This document shows, piece after piece, positions 52,341-64,000 of a DNA stretch of 64,000 nucleotides. The notes beneath the pieces are model-generated. The model saw nothing but the letters and a program-made list of their open reading frames with translations. It searched no databases and was not told the DNA's origin. The translations under genes were made by a program, and so were the position numbers. This stretch comes from Mobula hypostoma (Eukaryota), in the NCBI RefSeq assembly GCF_963921235.1, contig NC_086101.1:5706001-5770000 (forward strand), in the 5' to 3' direction. Each line of letters starts with the position of its first letter. Within the stretch, counting starts at the first letter, position 1.

Positions 52341-52739
52341 TCAGACTGCGGTCACGGACAGGTCAGACAGGGTGAGCGGCACGAAGGACTGGTGTATTTT
52401 TCTGACAATCCCTGTCACCACAGTGATACCAGATTTTATCCCCTTTAATGTCATTCATTGAATGTTAATACCATAGCTACTGTGTTCAGATTCAAACTCA
52501 TGCATTGGCATATTTGTCCAGTGTGAATGGGATCAGGATGCAGTGGTTCACATAACAGTGCCGTGTATTGGTTGTATGTTGCCCCCGTGTCGGTCTGTTC
52601 AGGGATTTGACATCTCCAGCTGACCATGTGACAGTGATGCTTCCCAACAGGTGGAGTTGGTGCCAGAATAAACTTCAATTCCAATGACCCGATTAGAGGC
52701 AGGAACAGGCCACAGTGACAAGGTTTCCAGCAGGTTGGC

Positions 52740-55700
52740 GACACTTGTTCAAAAGTACAGAAGGGACAAGTGGAGTGACCATTGTCGGGGCGACCATTGT
52801 TGGAAATAGGTCAGTGGTGAGAGTAGGAGTGTCAGGCTTTGGCTCAAAGGAAATTTCAGCTCCAAAGAGGCGTTGGCTCTGGGTAAGCTTCTGTTAAAGT
52901 TCCCTTTTTTTCTCTTTCTGTACCTCGTGTAGTAAATGGTTGTTGTGTGTTCTTCATGCTGGATGTTGGAGTCCTGGGAGACCCAGAGTCTCCCAGTGAA
53001 CACCATCTGTGTGAAGTGCATCTGGCTCCAGCTCCCTGAAGACCATATTAGAGCACAAGACCATAAGACATTAGAGCAGAATTAGCCCATCTGGCCCATC
53101 GAGTCTGCTCCGCCATTCAATGATGACTGATCCTTTTTTTTTCTCCTCCTCAACCGCAGGTTCCAGCCTTCTCTCCGTAACCTTTGATGCCATGTGCAAT
53201 CAAGAACCTATCAATATCTGTCTTAAATACACCCAACGACCTGACCTCCACTGATGCAAGTGGCAACAAATTCCACATTCACCACCCTTTGGTGAAAGAA
53301 ATTTCTCCGCATTTGTGTTTTGAAAGGGTGCCCCTCTATCCTGAGGCTGTGCCCTCTTGTCTTAGACTCTCCCACTATGGGAAACATCTGTTCCACATCT
53401 CATCTGTCTAGGCCTTTCAACATTCGAAAGGTTTCAATGAGATCCACCCTCATCGTTCTGAATTCCAGCGAGTACAGACCCAGAGCCATCAAGTGTTACT
53501 CATGTGATAACCCTTTCGTTCCTGGAATGATTCATGTGAACCTTCTCTGGACCCTCTCCAATGCCAGCACAACTTTTCTAAGATGAGGGGCCCAAAACTG
53601 TTCACAATACTCAAGGTGAGGCCTCACCAGTGCCTTAGAAATCCTCAGCATCACATCCTTGCTCTTGTATTCTGGACCTTTTGAAATGAATGCTAACATT
53701 GCATTTGCCTTCCTCACCACCGACTCAACCTGCAAGTTAACCTTGAGGGTGTTCTGCACAAGGACTCTCAAGTCCTTGGGGATGTTAGGGATCTGGAGCA
53801 GCAGTGGGATGACCTTTGGGTTGTAGAGGAGAGTGAGGAGATAATTGATCAGAGTTACAAGGAGGTTGTCACCCCGAAGCTGCAGGAGGCGAGTAGCTGG
53901 GAGATTGTCAGGAGAAATAGAAATGTGAATAGGCAGTTAGCGCAGAGCAAAGAGGTCCTGAAAAGAGAATGTAGAGAGCTTGGAAGAAAGCTGAGAAGCT
54001 GGACCTCCCAGGAAGTAATTTCTTGATTGCTGCCTGTGCCACGCACCAGTGAGGGTAGAAACAGGATGAATTAGCAATTTCTGGAGGAACTCAGCAGGCC
54101 AGGCAGCATCTATGCAAAAAAAATACAGTCAACATTTCAGGCCCAAGCCCTTCAGCAGGACTGGAGAAAAAAAAGCTGAGGAGTAGATTTGGACGGTGTG
54201 GGAAGGAGAGAGAGAAATGCCAGGTGATAGGTGAAAATCGGCAGGGGAGGGATGAAGCAAAGAGCTAGGAAGTCGATTGGTGAAAGAGACAGAAGGCCAT
54301 GGAAGAAAGAAGGCTGGGGATTGAGGGGGAGAGCCCCAGAGGGAGGCAGTGGGCAGGCAAGGAGATACCATGAGAGAGGGAAAAGGGATGGGAAATGGTG
54401 AAGAGTGGGGGGTGGAGGTATTACTGGAAGTTTGAGAAATCGATGTTCATGCCATCAAGTTGGAGGCTACCCAAATGGAATATAAGGTGTTCTTCCTCTG
54501 ACATAAGTGTGGCCTTATCCCGACAGTGGAGGTGGCCATGGACAGACATATCGGAATGGGAAGTGGAATTAGAGACAGAGAAACACAGAAAACCTACAGC
54601 ACAATACAGACAGACATATCAGAATGGGAAGTGGAATTAAAATGGGTGGCACTGGGAGATCATGCTTGTTCTGGCGGACGGTGTGTAGATGCTCGGAGAA
54701 GTGGTCTCCAGTCACCTGGAGTGTCAACTCACCTGAAAGGACTATTTGGGGCCCTGAATGTCAGCGAGGGAGGAGGTGTAGGGGCAGGTGTAGCACTTGT
54801 TCTGCTTGCAAGGATAGGAGCCAGGAGGGAAACCAGTGAGGAGGGGTGAATGGACAAGGGAATCATGTAGGGAGCGATCCCTGTGGAAAGCAGAAAGTGG
54901 GAGGCGGGGGAGGGAAAGATGTGTTTGGTGGTGGGATCCAGTTGGACATGGCGGAAGTTTCGGAAAATTATGTGCTGGACATGAAGGCTGGTGGGGTGGT
55001 AGGTGAGGACAAGAAGAACTCTATCACTCGTAGCGTGGCGGAGGATGGGGTAAGAGCAGACATGCGTGAAATGGAAGAGATGCGGCTGAGGGCAGCGTTG
55101 ATGGTGGAGGAAGGGAAGCCCCTTTCTTTGGAAAAGGAGGACATCTCCTTCAATCTGGAATGAAAAGCCTCATCCTAAGAGCAGATGCAGTGAAGACAGA
55201 GGAATTGAGAGAAGGAGACGGCGTTTTTACAAGTAGCAGGGTGGGACGAGGTATAGCCCAGGTAGTTGTGAGAGTCTGTTGATTTATAATAAACATCGGT
55301 GGATATGAGCTCAGTGGGGCAGGAACAAGCTGAAACAATGGGTCTACCTGGACAAGCGGGTTTGTGGATTTTGGGTAGGAGGTAGAAACGGGAAGTGCGT
55401 GATGTGGGCTGTGAGAGTCTGTTGGTTTATAATAGACATCGGTTCCCTTCCTCCACCATCAACACTACCCTCAACCGCATCTCTTCCATTTCACACACGT
55501 ATGCTCTTACCCCATCCTCCCGTCACGCTACCAGGGATAGGGTTCCTCTTGTCCTCACCTACCACCCCACCAGCATCCGTGTCCAGCACATAATTCTCTG
55601 AAACTTCCGCCACCTGCAACGGGATCCTTCGGAATTTCAGACCGAAACGTCGACTGTACTTTTTTCCATAGATTTTGCCTGCCCTGCTGAGTTCCTCCAG

Positions 55701-58635
55701 CATTTTGTTGTGTTGCTCGGATTTCCAGCATCTGCAGATTTTCTCTTGTTTGTGATTTGGCAAATTAATGCGTGACTGAGAAGCTGGTGCAGGGACACGG
55801 CTTCAGGTTCTTGGATCACTGGGATCTCATCTGGGGGAGATATGACCTGTTCAAAAGTGACAGGTTGCACCTGGGACCAAGGGGGATCAATATTCTCATG
55901 GGCAGGTTTGTTAGAGCTATTGGGGAGGGTTTAAACTAATTTGTCAGGAGGTGGGAACCAGAGTGAAGGGTCAGGATAGGAAGTACGGTAAAAAAGCAAA
56001 GAGAGCCGAGAGTCAGACTGTCAGGAAGGGCAGGCAGGTGGTGGGACATAGTCGCAGCCAACAGGGTGAATATCAGTACCTTAGGAACGCAGAATCAAAC
56101 AGGATAGCAAATACAGTACTCAAAGTGTTCGATCTCAATGCACAGAGGGTAAGAAATAAGGTGGATGATCTTATTGCACTATTACAAATTGTTGGGTATG
56201 ATGTCGTGGCCATCACTGAATCGTGACTGAAGGATGGTTGTAGTTGGGAGATGAATGTCCAAGGTTACACATTGTATCGGAGGGATAGGAAGGCAGGCAG
56301 AGGGGGTGGTGTGGCTCTGCTGGTAAAGAATGACATAATTTCTAAGGTAAGGACATGTTCGGCACAGCTTTGTGGGCTGAAGGGCCTGTATTGTGCTGTG
56401 GGTTTTCAATGTTTCTAAATCAGCAGAAAGACGTAACATAGGATTGGAAGATGTTGAATCCTTCTGGGTTGAGTCAAGAAACTGCAAAGGTATTTACAGG
56501 CCTCCCAATAGTAGCTGGAATGTGGACCATAGATTACAACAGGATATGGAAAAGGCATGTCAAAAGGGCAATGTTATGATAGTGATGGGAGATTTCAACA
56601 TGCAGGTCAATTGGGAAAATCAGGTTGGAAATGGATCTCAAGTGAGTGAGTTTGCTGAATGCTTGTTAGATGGCTTTTCAGAGCAGTTTGTCGTTGAGCC
56701 TACAGGGAGATCAGCAATACCGGATTGGGTGTTATGGAATGAACCTGGAGCGATTGGGGTGTTTAAGGTAAAAGAACCGTTAGGAGGCAGTGATCACAAG
56801 ATGATTGACTTCAACTTGAAATTTGATAGGGAGAAATTAAAGTCTGACAAAGCAGTAATACAGTGGAATAAGGGAATTTACAGTGATAGGTGAAAGGAGT
56901 TGGACAAAATAATTTGGAAGGAGATGCTGGCAGTGATGACGCAGAGCAGCAATGGAGTGAGTTTCTGGGGAAAAAAATGAGAAGGTGCAGGATGGGTGTA
57001 TTCCAAAAACAAAGAAATACTGAATTGGAAAAATAGTACAAGGGAAGTCAAACCTAATGTAAAAACAAAGGAAAGGGCATAAAACAAAGCAAAAATTAGT
57101 GGGAAGAAAGGATTGAGAAACTTTTAAAAACTACAGAGCACAACTAAAAGAATCATGAGGAAGAAAGAGATGAAATGTGAAAGCAAGCAAGCAAACAATA
57201 TCAAAGTGGATAGTAAAAGCTTTTTCAAGTATGTAAAAATAAAAAAAGAGTTTAGTGTGGACAGGAAAGGCATGGAGGGTTATGGGCTGAGTGCAGGTCA
57301 GTGGGACTAGGTGAGAGTAAGAGTTCAGCACAGACTAGAAGGGCCGAGATGGCCTGATTCCATGCTGTAATTGTTATATGGTTATATGGATGTAGGATCA
57401 CTAGAAAATGAGGCCGGAGAAATAATAACGGAGGCCAGGGAGGTGGCAGATGAACTAAGTGAGTGCAGTTAATTTTACAGGGGAGAAGGTGTTCAAAAAG
57501 CTGAAATACTCAAGGGTACATAACTCACCCAGACCAGATGAACTGCACACTCGGGGTCTGAAAGAGATAGCGGTACAGATTGTGGAGGCATTAGAAATTA
57601 TCTTTCTAAAATCATTGGAATCTGGCATGGTGCCAGGCGCCTTGAAAATTGCAAATGTCACTCCATTCTTTAAAAGAGGAAGGCAGCAGAAAGGGAATTA
57701 TGACCAATTAGCCTGACCTCAGTGGTTGGGAAGATGTTAGAGTCAATTGTTAAGGTTGAGGTTATGGAGAACTTGGTAACACAGGACAAGATAGGACAAA
57801 GTCAGCACGGTTTCCTTCAGGGAAAATCTTGCATGACGAACCTGTTGGAATGCTTTGATGAAATTACACATGATGAAGGGGATGGTGTAAAAATGGACTT
57901 TCAGAAGGCCTTTGACAAGGTGCCACACAAAGCTGCATTCAAGTTAAGAGCCCATGGAATTACAGGAAAGTTACTGACATGTTTAGAGATTTGGCTGACT
58001 GGTAGGAGGCAGCGACTGGGAATAAAAGTACCATTTTCTAGTTGGCTGCCAGTGACTAGTGGTGTTCCGCAGGGGTCAGTGTTGGGACCACTTCTTTTTA
58101 AGCTGTATATCAATGATTTAGATGATGGAATCGATGGCTTTGTTGCCAAGTTTGCAGATAATATGAAGATTGGTGGAGGGGCAGGTGGTGTTGCGGAAGC
58201 AGGTAGGCTGCAGAAGGACTTAGACAGATTAGGAGAATGGACAAGAAAGGAGCAAATGAAATACAATGTTGGAAAAAGCACGGTCATGCACTTTGGTGGT
58301 AGAAATAAATCTGCAGACTGTATTCTAAGTGGGGAGAAAATCCAAAAATCTGAGACGCAATGAGTCTTGGGCATCCTTGTGCAGAACAACCTAAAGGTTA
58401 ACTTGCTGGTTGAGTCAGTGCTGAGGAAGGAAAATGCAATGTTCGCATTCAATTCAAGAGATATAGAATACAAGAGCAGGGATGTGTTGCTGAGGCTTTA
58501 TAAGGTACTGGTGAAGCTTCACCTTGAGTATTGTGAACAGTTTTGGGCTCCTGATCTGAGAAAAGATGTGATGGCATTGGAGAGGGTTCATAGATGGGCC
58601 AGATAGACCAATTCTGCTCCTATGTCTTATTGTCT
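52740..58635 (+). mobile_element. Decayed, originally near full-length CR1 interrupted by a minus-strand CR1 3' end (~53057-53778) and a Penelope element
   Basis: ORF1 (CSSCWMLE...ICVKCIWLQ), APE (GIYRPPNS, GDFNM) and RT (KFADNMK) occur in order across the inserts. Confidence 0.85.
54078..55752 (-). mobile_element. Penelope-like element with an inverted segment (~55395-55752)
   Basis: PLE peptides occur on the minus strand and then the plus strand (RVPLVLTYHP), with pLTR pieces at both ends and an imperfect TSD tga(a/t)tt(a/g)gcaa. Confidence 0.85.
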
Positions 58636-58734
58636 CTAGTTCCCCTTCAGCCCTATTATTACAGCCATGTTTTGTGTCGAATTATAACTTAATTGTGTCT
58701 CATAAACAAGGACAAATGAATCTGTATGTTTTAC

Positions 58735-58853
58735 CTCGCTTAATGCTGTCAAGCACTTCCTCCGATGCTATGTCGAGCAGATAAGGATGATCGAATTTTT
58801 CCGCCAGTAGGGCACCATCTGTCACTGACAATGTCAGGGTATCATCACTAACC
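58735..58853 (-). CDS. TRIM (A33-like) gene, linker exon preceding B30.2 (R-VSDDTLTLSVTDGALLAEKFDHPYLLDIASEEVLDSIKR-V)
   Basis: tttacAG|G GTT AGT GAT...AAG CGA G|GTaaaac. The exon is 119 nt, stop-free, phase 2 in and phase 1 out. The phase-1 end matches the acceptor of the B30.2 exon (G+TC = Val). Confidence 0.88.
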
Positions 58854-58948
58854 CTGTAAATATGATACAGCTGGTTATAAACTGAGCACCAGTGATATCT
58901 GAGCTATTTTACAAATCCAACCATGTTTCAGTCAAGACCATGTCCTAC

Positions 58949-58971
58949 CTCCTCTTCCGGCGAGCTTCCTC
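58949..58971 (-). CDS. TRIM (A33-like) gene, 23-nt microexon after the coiled-coil (EEARRKR-R)
   Basis: Minus strand reads ttcatttcAG|GAG GAA GCT CGC CGG AAG AGG AG|GTaggac. A 23-nt exon (phase 0 in, phase 2 out) is typical of vertebrate TRIM-B30.2 genes. It splices in frame to the next exon across a 95-nt intron. Confidence 0.88.
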
Positions 58972-59013
58972 CTGAAATGAATAAAACACAGATCTCAATT
59001 GACTGAGACTTAT

Positions 59014-62000
59014 AGACAATAGACAATAGGTGCAGAAGTAGACCATTCGGCCCTTCGAGCCTGCACCACCATTCTGAGATCATGGCTGATCATCTACTAT
59101 CAGTACCCGGTTCCGGCCTTGTCCCCATAACCCTTGATTCCCCTATCAATAAGATACCTATCTAGCTCTTTCTTGAAAGCATCCAGAGAATTGGCCTCTA
59201 CTGCCTTCTGAGGCAGCGCGTTCCACACCTCCACAACTTTCTGGAAGAAGAAGTTCCTCCTCAACTCTGTCCTAAATGACCTACCCCTTATTCTTAAACC
59301 ATGCCCTCTGGTACTGGACTCTCCCAGCATCTGGAACATATTTCCTGCCTCGATCTTGTCCAATTCCTTAATAATCTTATATGTCTCAATCAGATCCCCC
59401 CTCAATCTCCTTAATTCCAGTGTGTACAAGCCCAGTCTCTCTAACCTCTCTGTGTAAGACAGTCCGGACATCCCAGGAATTAACCTAGTGAACCTACGCT
59501 GCACCTCCTCCACAGCCAGGATGTCCTTCCTTAACCCTGGAGATCAAAACTGCACACAATACTCCAGGTGTGGTCTCACCATGGCCCTGTACAAATGCAA
59601 AAGGATTTCCTTGTTTTTGTACTCAATTCCCTTTGTAATAAAGGCCAACATTCCATTAGCCTTCTTCACTGCCTGCTGCACTTCCTCATTCACCTTCAGA
59701 GACTGATGAACAAGTACTCCTAGATCTCTTTGTATTTCTCCCTTACCTAATTCCACACTGTTCAGATAATAATCTGCCTTCCTGTTCTTGCTCCCAAAGT
59801 GAATAACCTCACACTTATTCACATTAAACGCCATCTGCCAAGTTTCTGCCCACTCACCCAGCCTATCCAAGTCACCTTGAATTCTCCTAACATCCTCATC
59901 ACATGTCACACTGCCACCCAGCTTAGTATCATCAGCAAACTTGCTGATGTTATTCACAATGCCTTCCTCTAAATCATTGACGTAAATCGTAAACATCTGT
60001 GGTCCCAATACCGAGCCCCGTGGCACCCCACTAGTCACCACCTGCCATTCTGAGAAACACCCATTCACTGCTACCCTTTGCTTTCTATCTGCCAACCAGT
60101 TTTCTATCCATGTCAATATCCTCCCCCCAATGCCATGAGCTCTGATTTTACCCACGAATCTCCTATGTGGTACCTTATCAAATGCCTTCTGAAAGTCAAG
60201 GTACACCACATCCACTGGATCTCCCGCGTCTATCTTCCTGGTTACATCCTCGAAAAACTCCAATAGATTAGTCAAGCATGATTTGCCCTTGGTAAATCCA
60301 TGCTGGCTCGGCCCAATCCTATCACTGCTATCAAGTTATGCCGCTATTTCATCTTTAATAATGGACTCTAGCATCTTCCCCACTACTGATGTTGGGCTAA
60401 CAGGGCGATAGTTCCCTGTTTTCTCCCTCCCTCCTTTCTTAAAAAGCGGGATAACAGCCATTCACCAATCCTCAGGAACTGATCCTGAATCTAAGGAACA
60501 TTGGAAAATGATCACCAATGCATCTGCAATTTCCAGAGCCACCTCCTTTAGTATCCTAGGATGCAGACCATCTGGACCTGGGGATTTGTTAGCCTTCAGT
60601 CCCATCAGTCTACTCATCACCATTTCCTTCCTAATGTCAATCTGTTTCAGTTCCTCTGTTACCCTATGTCCTTGGCCCATCCATACATTTGGGAGATTGT
60701 TTGTGTCTTCCCTAGTGAAGACAGATCCAAAGTACTTATTAAATTCATCTGCCATTTCTCTGTTTCCCATAACAATTTCTCCCAATTCATTCTTCAAGGG
60801 CCCAACATTGTTCTTAACTATCTTCCTTCTCTTCACATACCTAAAAAAACTTTTGCTATCCTCCTTTATATTCCTAGCTAGCTTGTGTTCATACCTCATT
60901 TTTTCTCCCCGTATAGCCTTTTTAGTTAAGTTCTGTTGCTCCTTAAAAATTTCCCAATCATCTGTCTTCCCACTCACCTTAGCTCTGTTATACTTCTTTT
61001 TTAATGCTATGCTATCTCTGACTTCCTTTGTCAACCACTGTGGCCACTTTCCCCTCTTTGAATCCTTCCTTCTCTGGGGGATGAACTGATTTTGCACCTT
61101 GTGCATTATTCCCAAGAATACCTGCCATTGCTGTTCCACTGTCTTTTCTGCTAGGATATCCGACCAGTCAACTTTGGCCAGCAACTCCCTCACGGCTCCA
61201 TAGTCTCCTTTGTTCAACAGCAATACTGACACTTCTGATCTGCCCTTATCCCTCTCAACTTGCAGATAAAAACTTATCATATTATAGTCACTACCTCCTA
61301 ATGGCTCCTTTACTTCAAGATCACTTATCAAATCCTGTTCATTGCACAACACCAAATCCAGAATAGCCTTATCCCTGGTCGGCTCTCATACAAGCTGCTC
61401 CAAAAATGCATCCCGTAGGCACTCTACAAACTCCCTATCCTGGGGTCCAGTACCAACCTGATTTTCCCAGTTCACCTTCATGTTGAAATCCCCCATAACT
61501 ACTGCGACATTTCCTTTGCCACATGCCATTGTTAACTCCCTATTCAACTTGCACCCAATATCCATGCTACTGTTTGGGGGCCTGTAGATAACACCTATTA
61601 GGGTCTTTCTGCCCTTACTGTTCCTCAGTTCTATCCACACTGATCTACTTCTCCTGATTCTATGTCCCCCCTTGCAAGGGACTGAATCTCATTCCTCACC
61701 AACAGGGCCACTCCACCCCCTCTGCCCACCTTTCTGTCCCTTCGATAGCACGTATACCCTTGTACATTCAATTCCCAGGTCTGATCCCCTTGCAGCCATG
61801 TCTCCGTTATCCCAACAACATCATAGTTACCCATTCGCACCTGAGCTTCAAGCTCATCCACCTTATTTCTGACACTTCGCGCATTCAGATATAGAATTTT
61901 TAACCCATTTCTCCTCTCTCTGTTTAAATCGCTACCTATTGTGCATAACCCAGCTCCCCGAACTCTCACTGGGCTATACGCCCCTTGAATTTTGTTGTCC

Positions 62001-63512
62001 TTCTTAAATGTACTTACTCTTTCTGCACATTTAACTCCATGCTCCGTCAGACCATCCCTCTGCACATGTATCCTCCTTATCACTCGTTCCGCCTCACCTT
62101 TATCTACATCACACTTAATATTCCGGAACCGTGTAGTCCCCACCTGTCCTTTATACTTCATCTCACTATCCTCTCTCACATTCTGGATCCCTGCCCCCTG
62201 CAAATTTAGTTTAAACCCCCCCAAACAGCACTAGCAAGTATGTTAGTACCCCTCCAGTTCAGGTGTAAATGGTCCCGTTGGAACAGATCCCACCTTCCCT
62301 GGAACAAAGCCCAATTATCTAAAAACCTGAAGCCCTCCCTCCTGCACCATCCTCTCAGCCACATATTGATCTCTATAATCCTTCTGTTCCTCGCCTCACT
62401 CGCAATTGGCACAGGTAGCAATCCTGAGATTGTTACCTTGGAGGTCCTGCCCTTCAGCTTCGCACCTAATTCCCTGAACTCACTACGCAGGTCCCCCTCA
62501 CTCTTCCTACCCACGTCGTTGGTCCCTACATGGACCACAACATCTGGATTCTTGCCCTCCCTCTCGAGAATAACCTGCACCCGATCTGAGATGTCCCAGA
62601 CCCTGGCACCAGGGAGGCAACATACCATCCGAGACTCCCGATCTCCCCCACAAAATCTCTTATCTGCCCCCCTGACTATAGAATCCCCTATCACTACCGC
62701 TGACCTCTCTTCCCTCCTCTCCTTCTGAGTCGAGGGTCCAACCTCAGTGCCAGAGACAGGACCACTGCAACTTGTTCCTGGTAGGTCATCCCCACCAACA
62801 GTATCCAAAATGGTATATGTTGATGGGAATGGCCACAGGGGTGCTCTGCTCTCTCTGCCTGCTCCCCCTCGATCTCCTGACAGTCACCCAGTTGCCTACC
62901 TCCCGTATTTTCGGTGTGACTACCTCCCGATAACTCTTATCTATCTCTGTCTCTGCCTCCCGAATGATCCGTAGTTCATCCAGCTCCAGCTCCAATTCCC
63001 TAACGCGCTCTGATAGGAGCTGCAGCTGGATGCACCTTCTGCAGGTGTGGTCATCAGGGACAACTGCATTGACCCTGATCTCCCACATACTGCATAGGGA
63101 GCACACCACTGCTCTAACTATCTCCCCCATTACCTGATCCCAGATTAATCAGAATAAATGAAAAAGTACCTACCGACCTTACCTTTTTTCCTCAGCAAGC
63201 ACGTACTCAGGCTCACTGCTTACCTCTCACTGAAGACCCCCTTACGCCGAAGCCCACTGAGCCAAAGCCCAGCACTCTGCTCCCCCGCACTCCACTGCCC
63301 GCACCGACACTGCCCGCACCTGAAAGTGGGCCTCTTTTTAAACTCCGCGCTCGCCGCTGACGTCACCCGTGCCTGCGCAGTTTTAACTTCCTCCTCAGGT
63401 AATGCCAAGGTAGTCCCGATCTTCCTCGGCCTACCTACAATGGCTGATCCTCCGATCTCCAGTCGTCCATCGACCTCAAGTACTCCTTGCTCCTGCACCC
63501 ATGCTCCCACAC
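59014..63512 (-). mobile_element. Full-length CR1 LINE in the TRIM intron
   Basis: 5'UTR, ORF1 (63130-62206; CxxC, VIGDSIVRG, VHVGTNDVG), ORF2 (LNARS...KFADDTK), (ctattgt) tail and an 8-bp TSD AGACTTAT (59006-59013 / 63513-63520). Confidence 0.95.
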
Positions 63513-63569
63513 AGACTTATTACAAGCTGCTGAAAATTCCCACTTACTCCCACTGACGCACATGGAGAA

Positions 63570-63990
63570 AGAAACATAGAAAACCTACAGCACAATACAG
63601 GCCCTTCAGCCCACCAAGTTGTGCTAAACATGTCCCTTCCTTAGAAATTACTAGGCTTGCCCATAGCCCTCTATTTTTCTCAGCTCCGTGTGCCTATCCA
63701 AAAGTCTCTTAAAAGACCCTATTGTATCCGCCTCCACCACCGTTGCCAGCAGCCCATTCCACGCACTCACCACTCTCTGTGTAAAAAAACCTACCCCTGA
63801 CATCTTCTCTGTACCTACTCCCCAGCACCTTAAACCTGTGTCCTCTTGTGGCAGCCATTTCAGCCCTGCGAAAAATCCTCTGACTATCCACACGATCAAT
63901 GCCTCTCATCTCTATCAGGTCATCTCTCATCCTCCGTCGCTCCAAGGAGAAAAGACCGAGTTCACTCAACCTGTTTTCATAAGGCATGAA
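63570..63990 (-). mobile_element. CR1 3' end
   Basis: Peptides YENRLSELGLFSLERRRMR and FFTQRVVSAWNGL. Confidence 0.9.
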
Positions 63991-64000
63991 AGGGGGACAC

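Noticed and set aside
52451..52744. ORFs in the intronic unique island as additional exons
   Set aside because: No recognisable domain and no convincing in-phase splice-site pair.

Overview
Eukaryotic (vertebrate) genomic DNA, almost certainly from a cartilaginous fish and probably a ray. This is inferred from the repeat repertoire and the A33-like TRIM exons. Most of the window is decayed, often nested retrotransposons: CR1 LINEs (two full-length), Penelope-like elements (PLEs), Rex1, R4/Dong, Nimb/I, L2, solo LTRs, tRNA-derived SINEs and two DNA-transposon remnants. Nearly every ORF in the supplied track is a TE fragment or its antisense shadow. The only host gene I can support is the 3' part of a minus-strand TRIM (coiled-coil + B30.2/PRY-SPRY, 'zinc-binding protein A33-like') gene, which the ORF track largely misses. 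It consists of a 23-nt microexon (58971-58949), a 119-nt exon (58853-58735) and, after a ~20.5-kb TE-filled intron, the terminal B30.2 exon (38201-37669) with a poly(A) signal. The terminal exon carries a single in-frame TAG in the middle of SPRY. The PLE terminal repeats contain about a dozen minimal hammerhead-ribozyme motifs: two have an intact core, and four share a CUGCUGA core variant. One motif pair sits in a 284-bp fold-back mini-element with a 15-bp target-site duplication (TSD). I found no prokaryotic system or CRISPR array. TE boundaries without a stated TSD are approximate.
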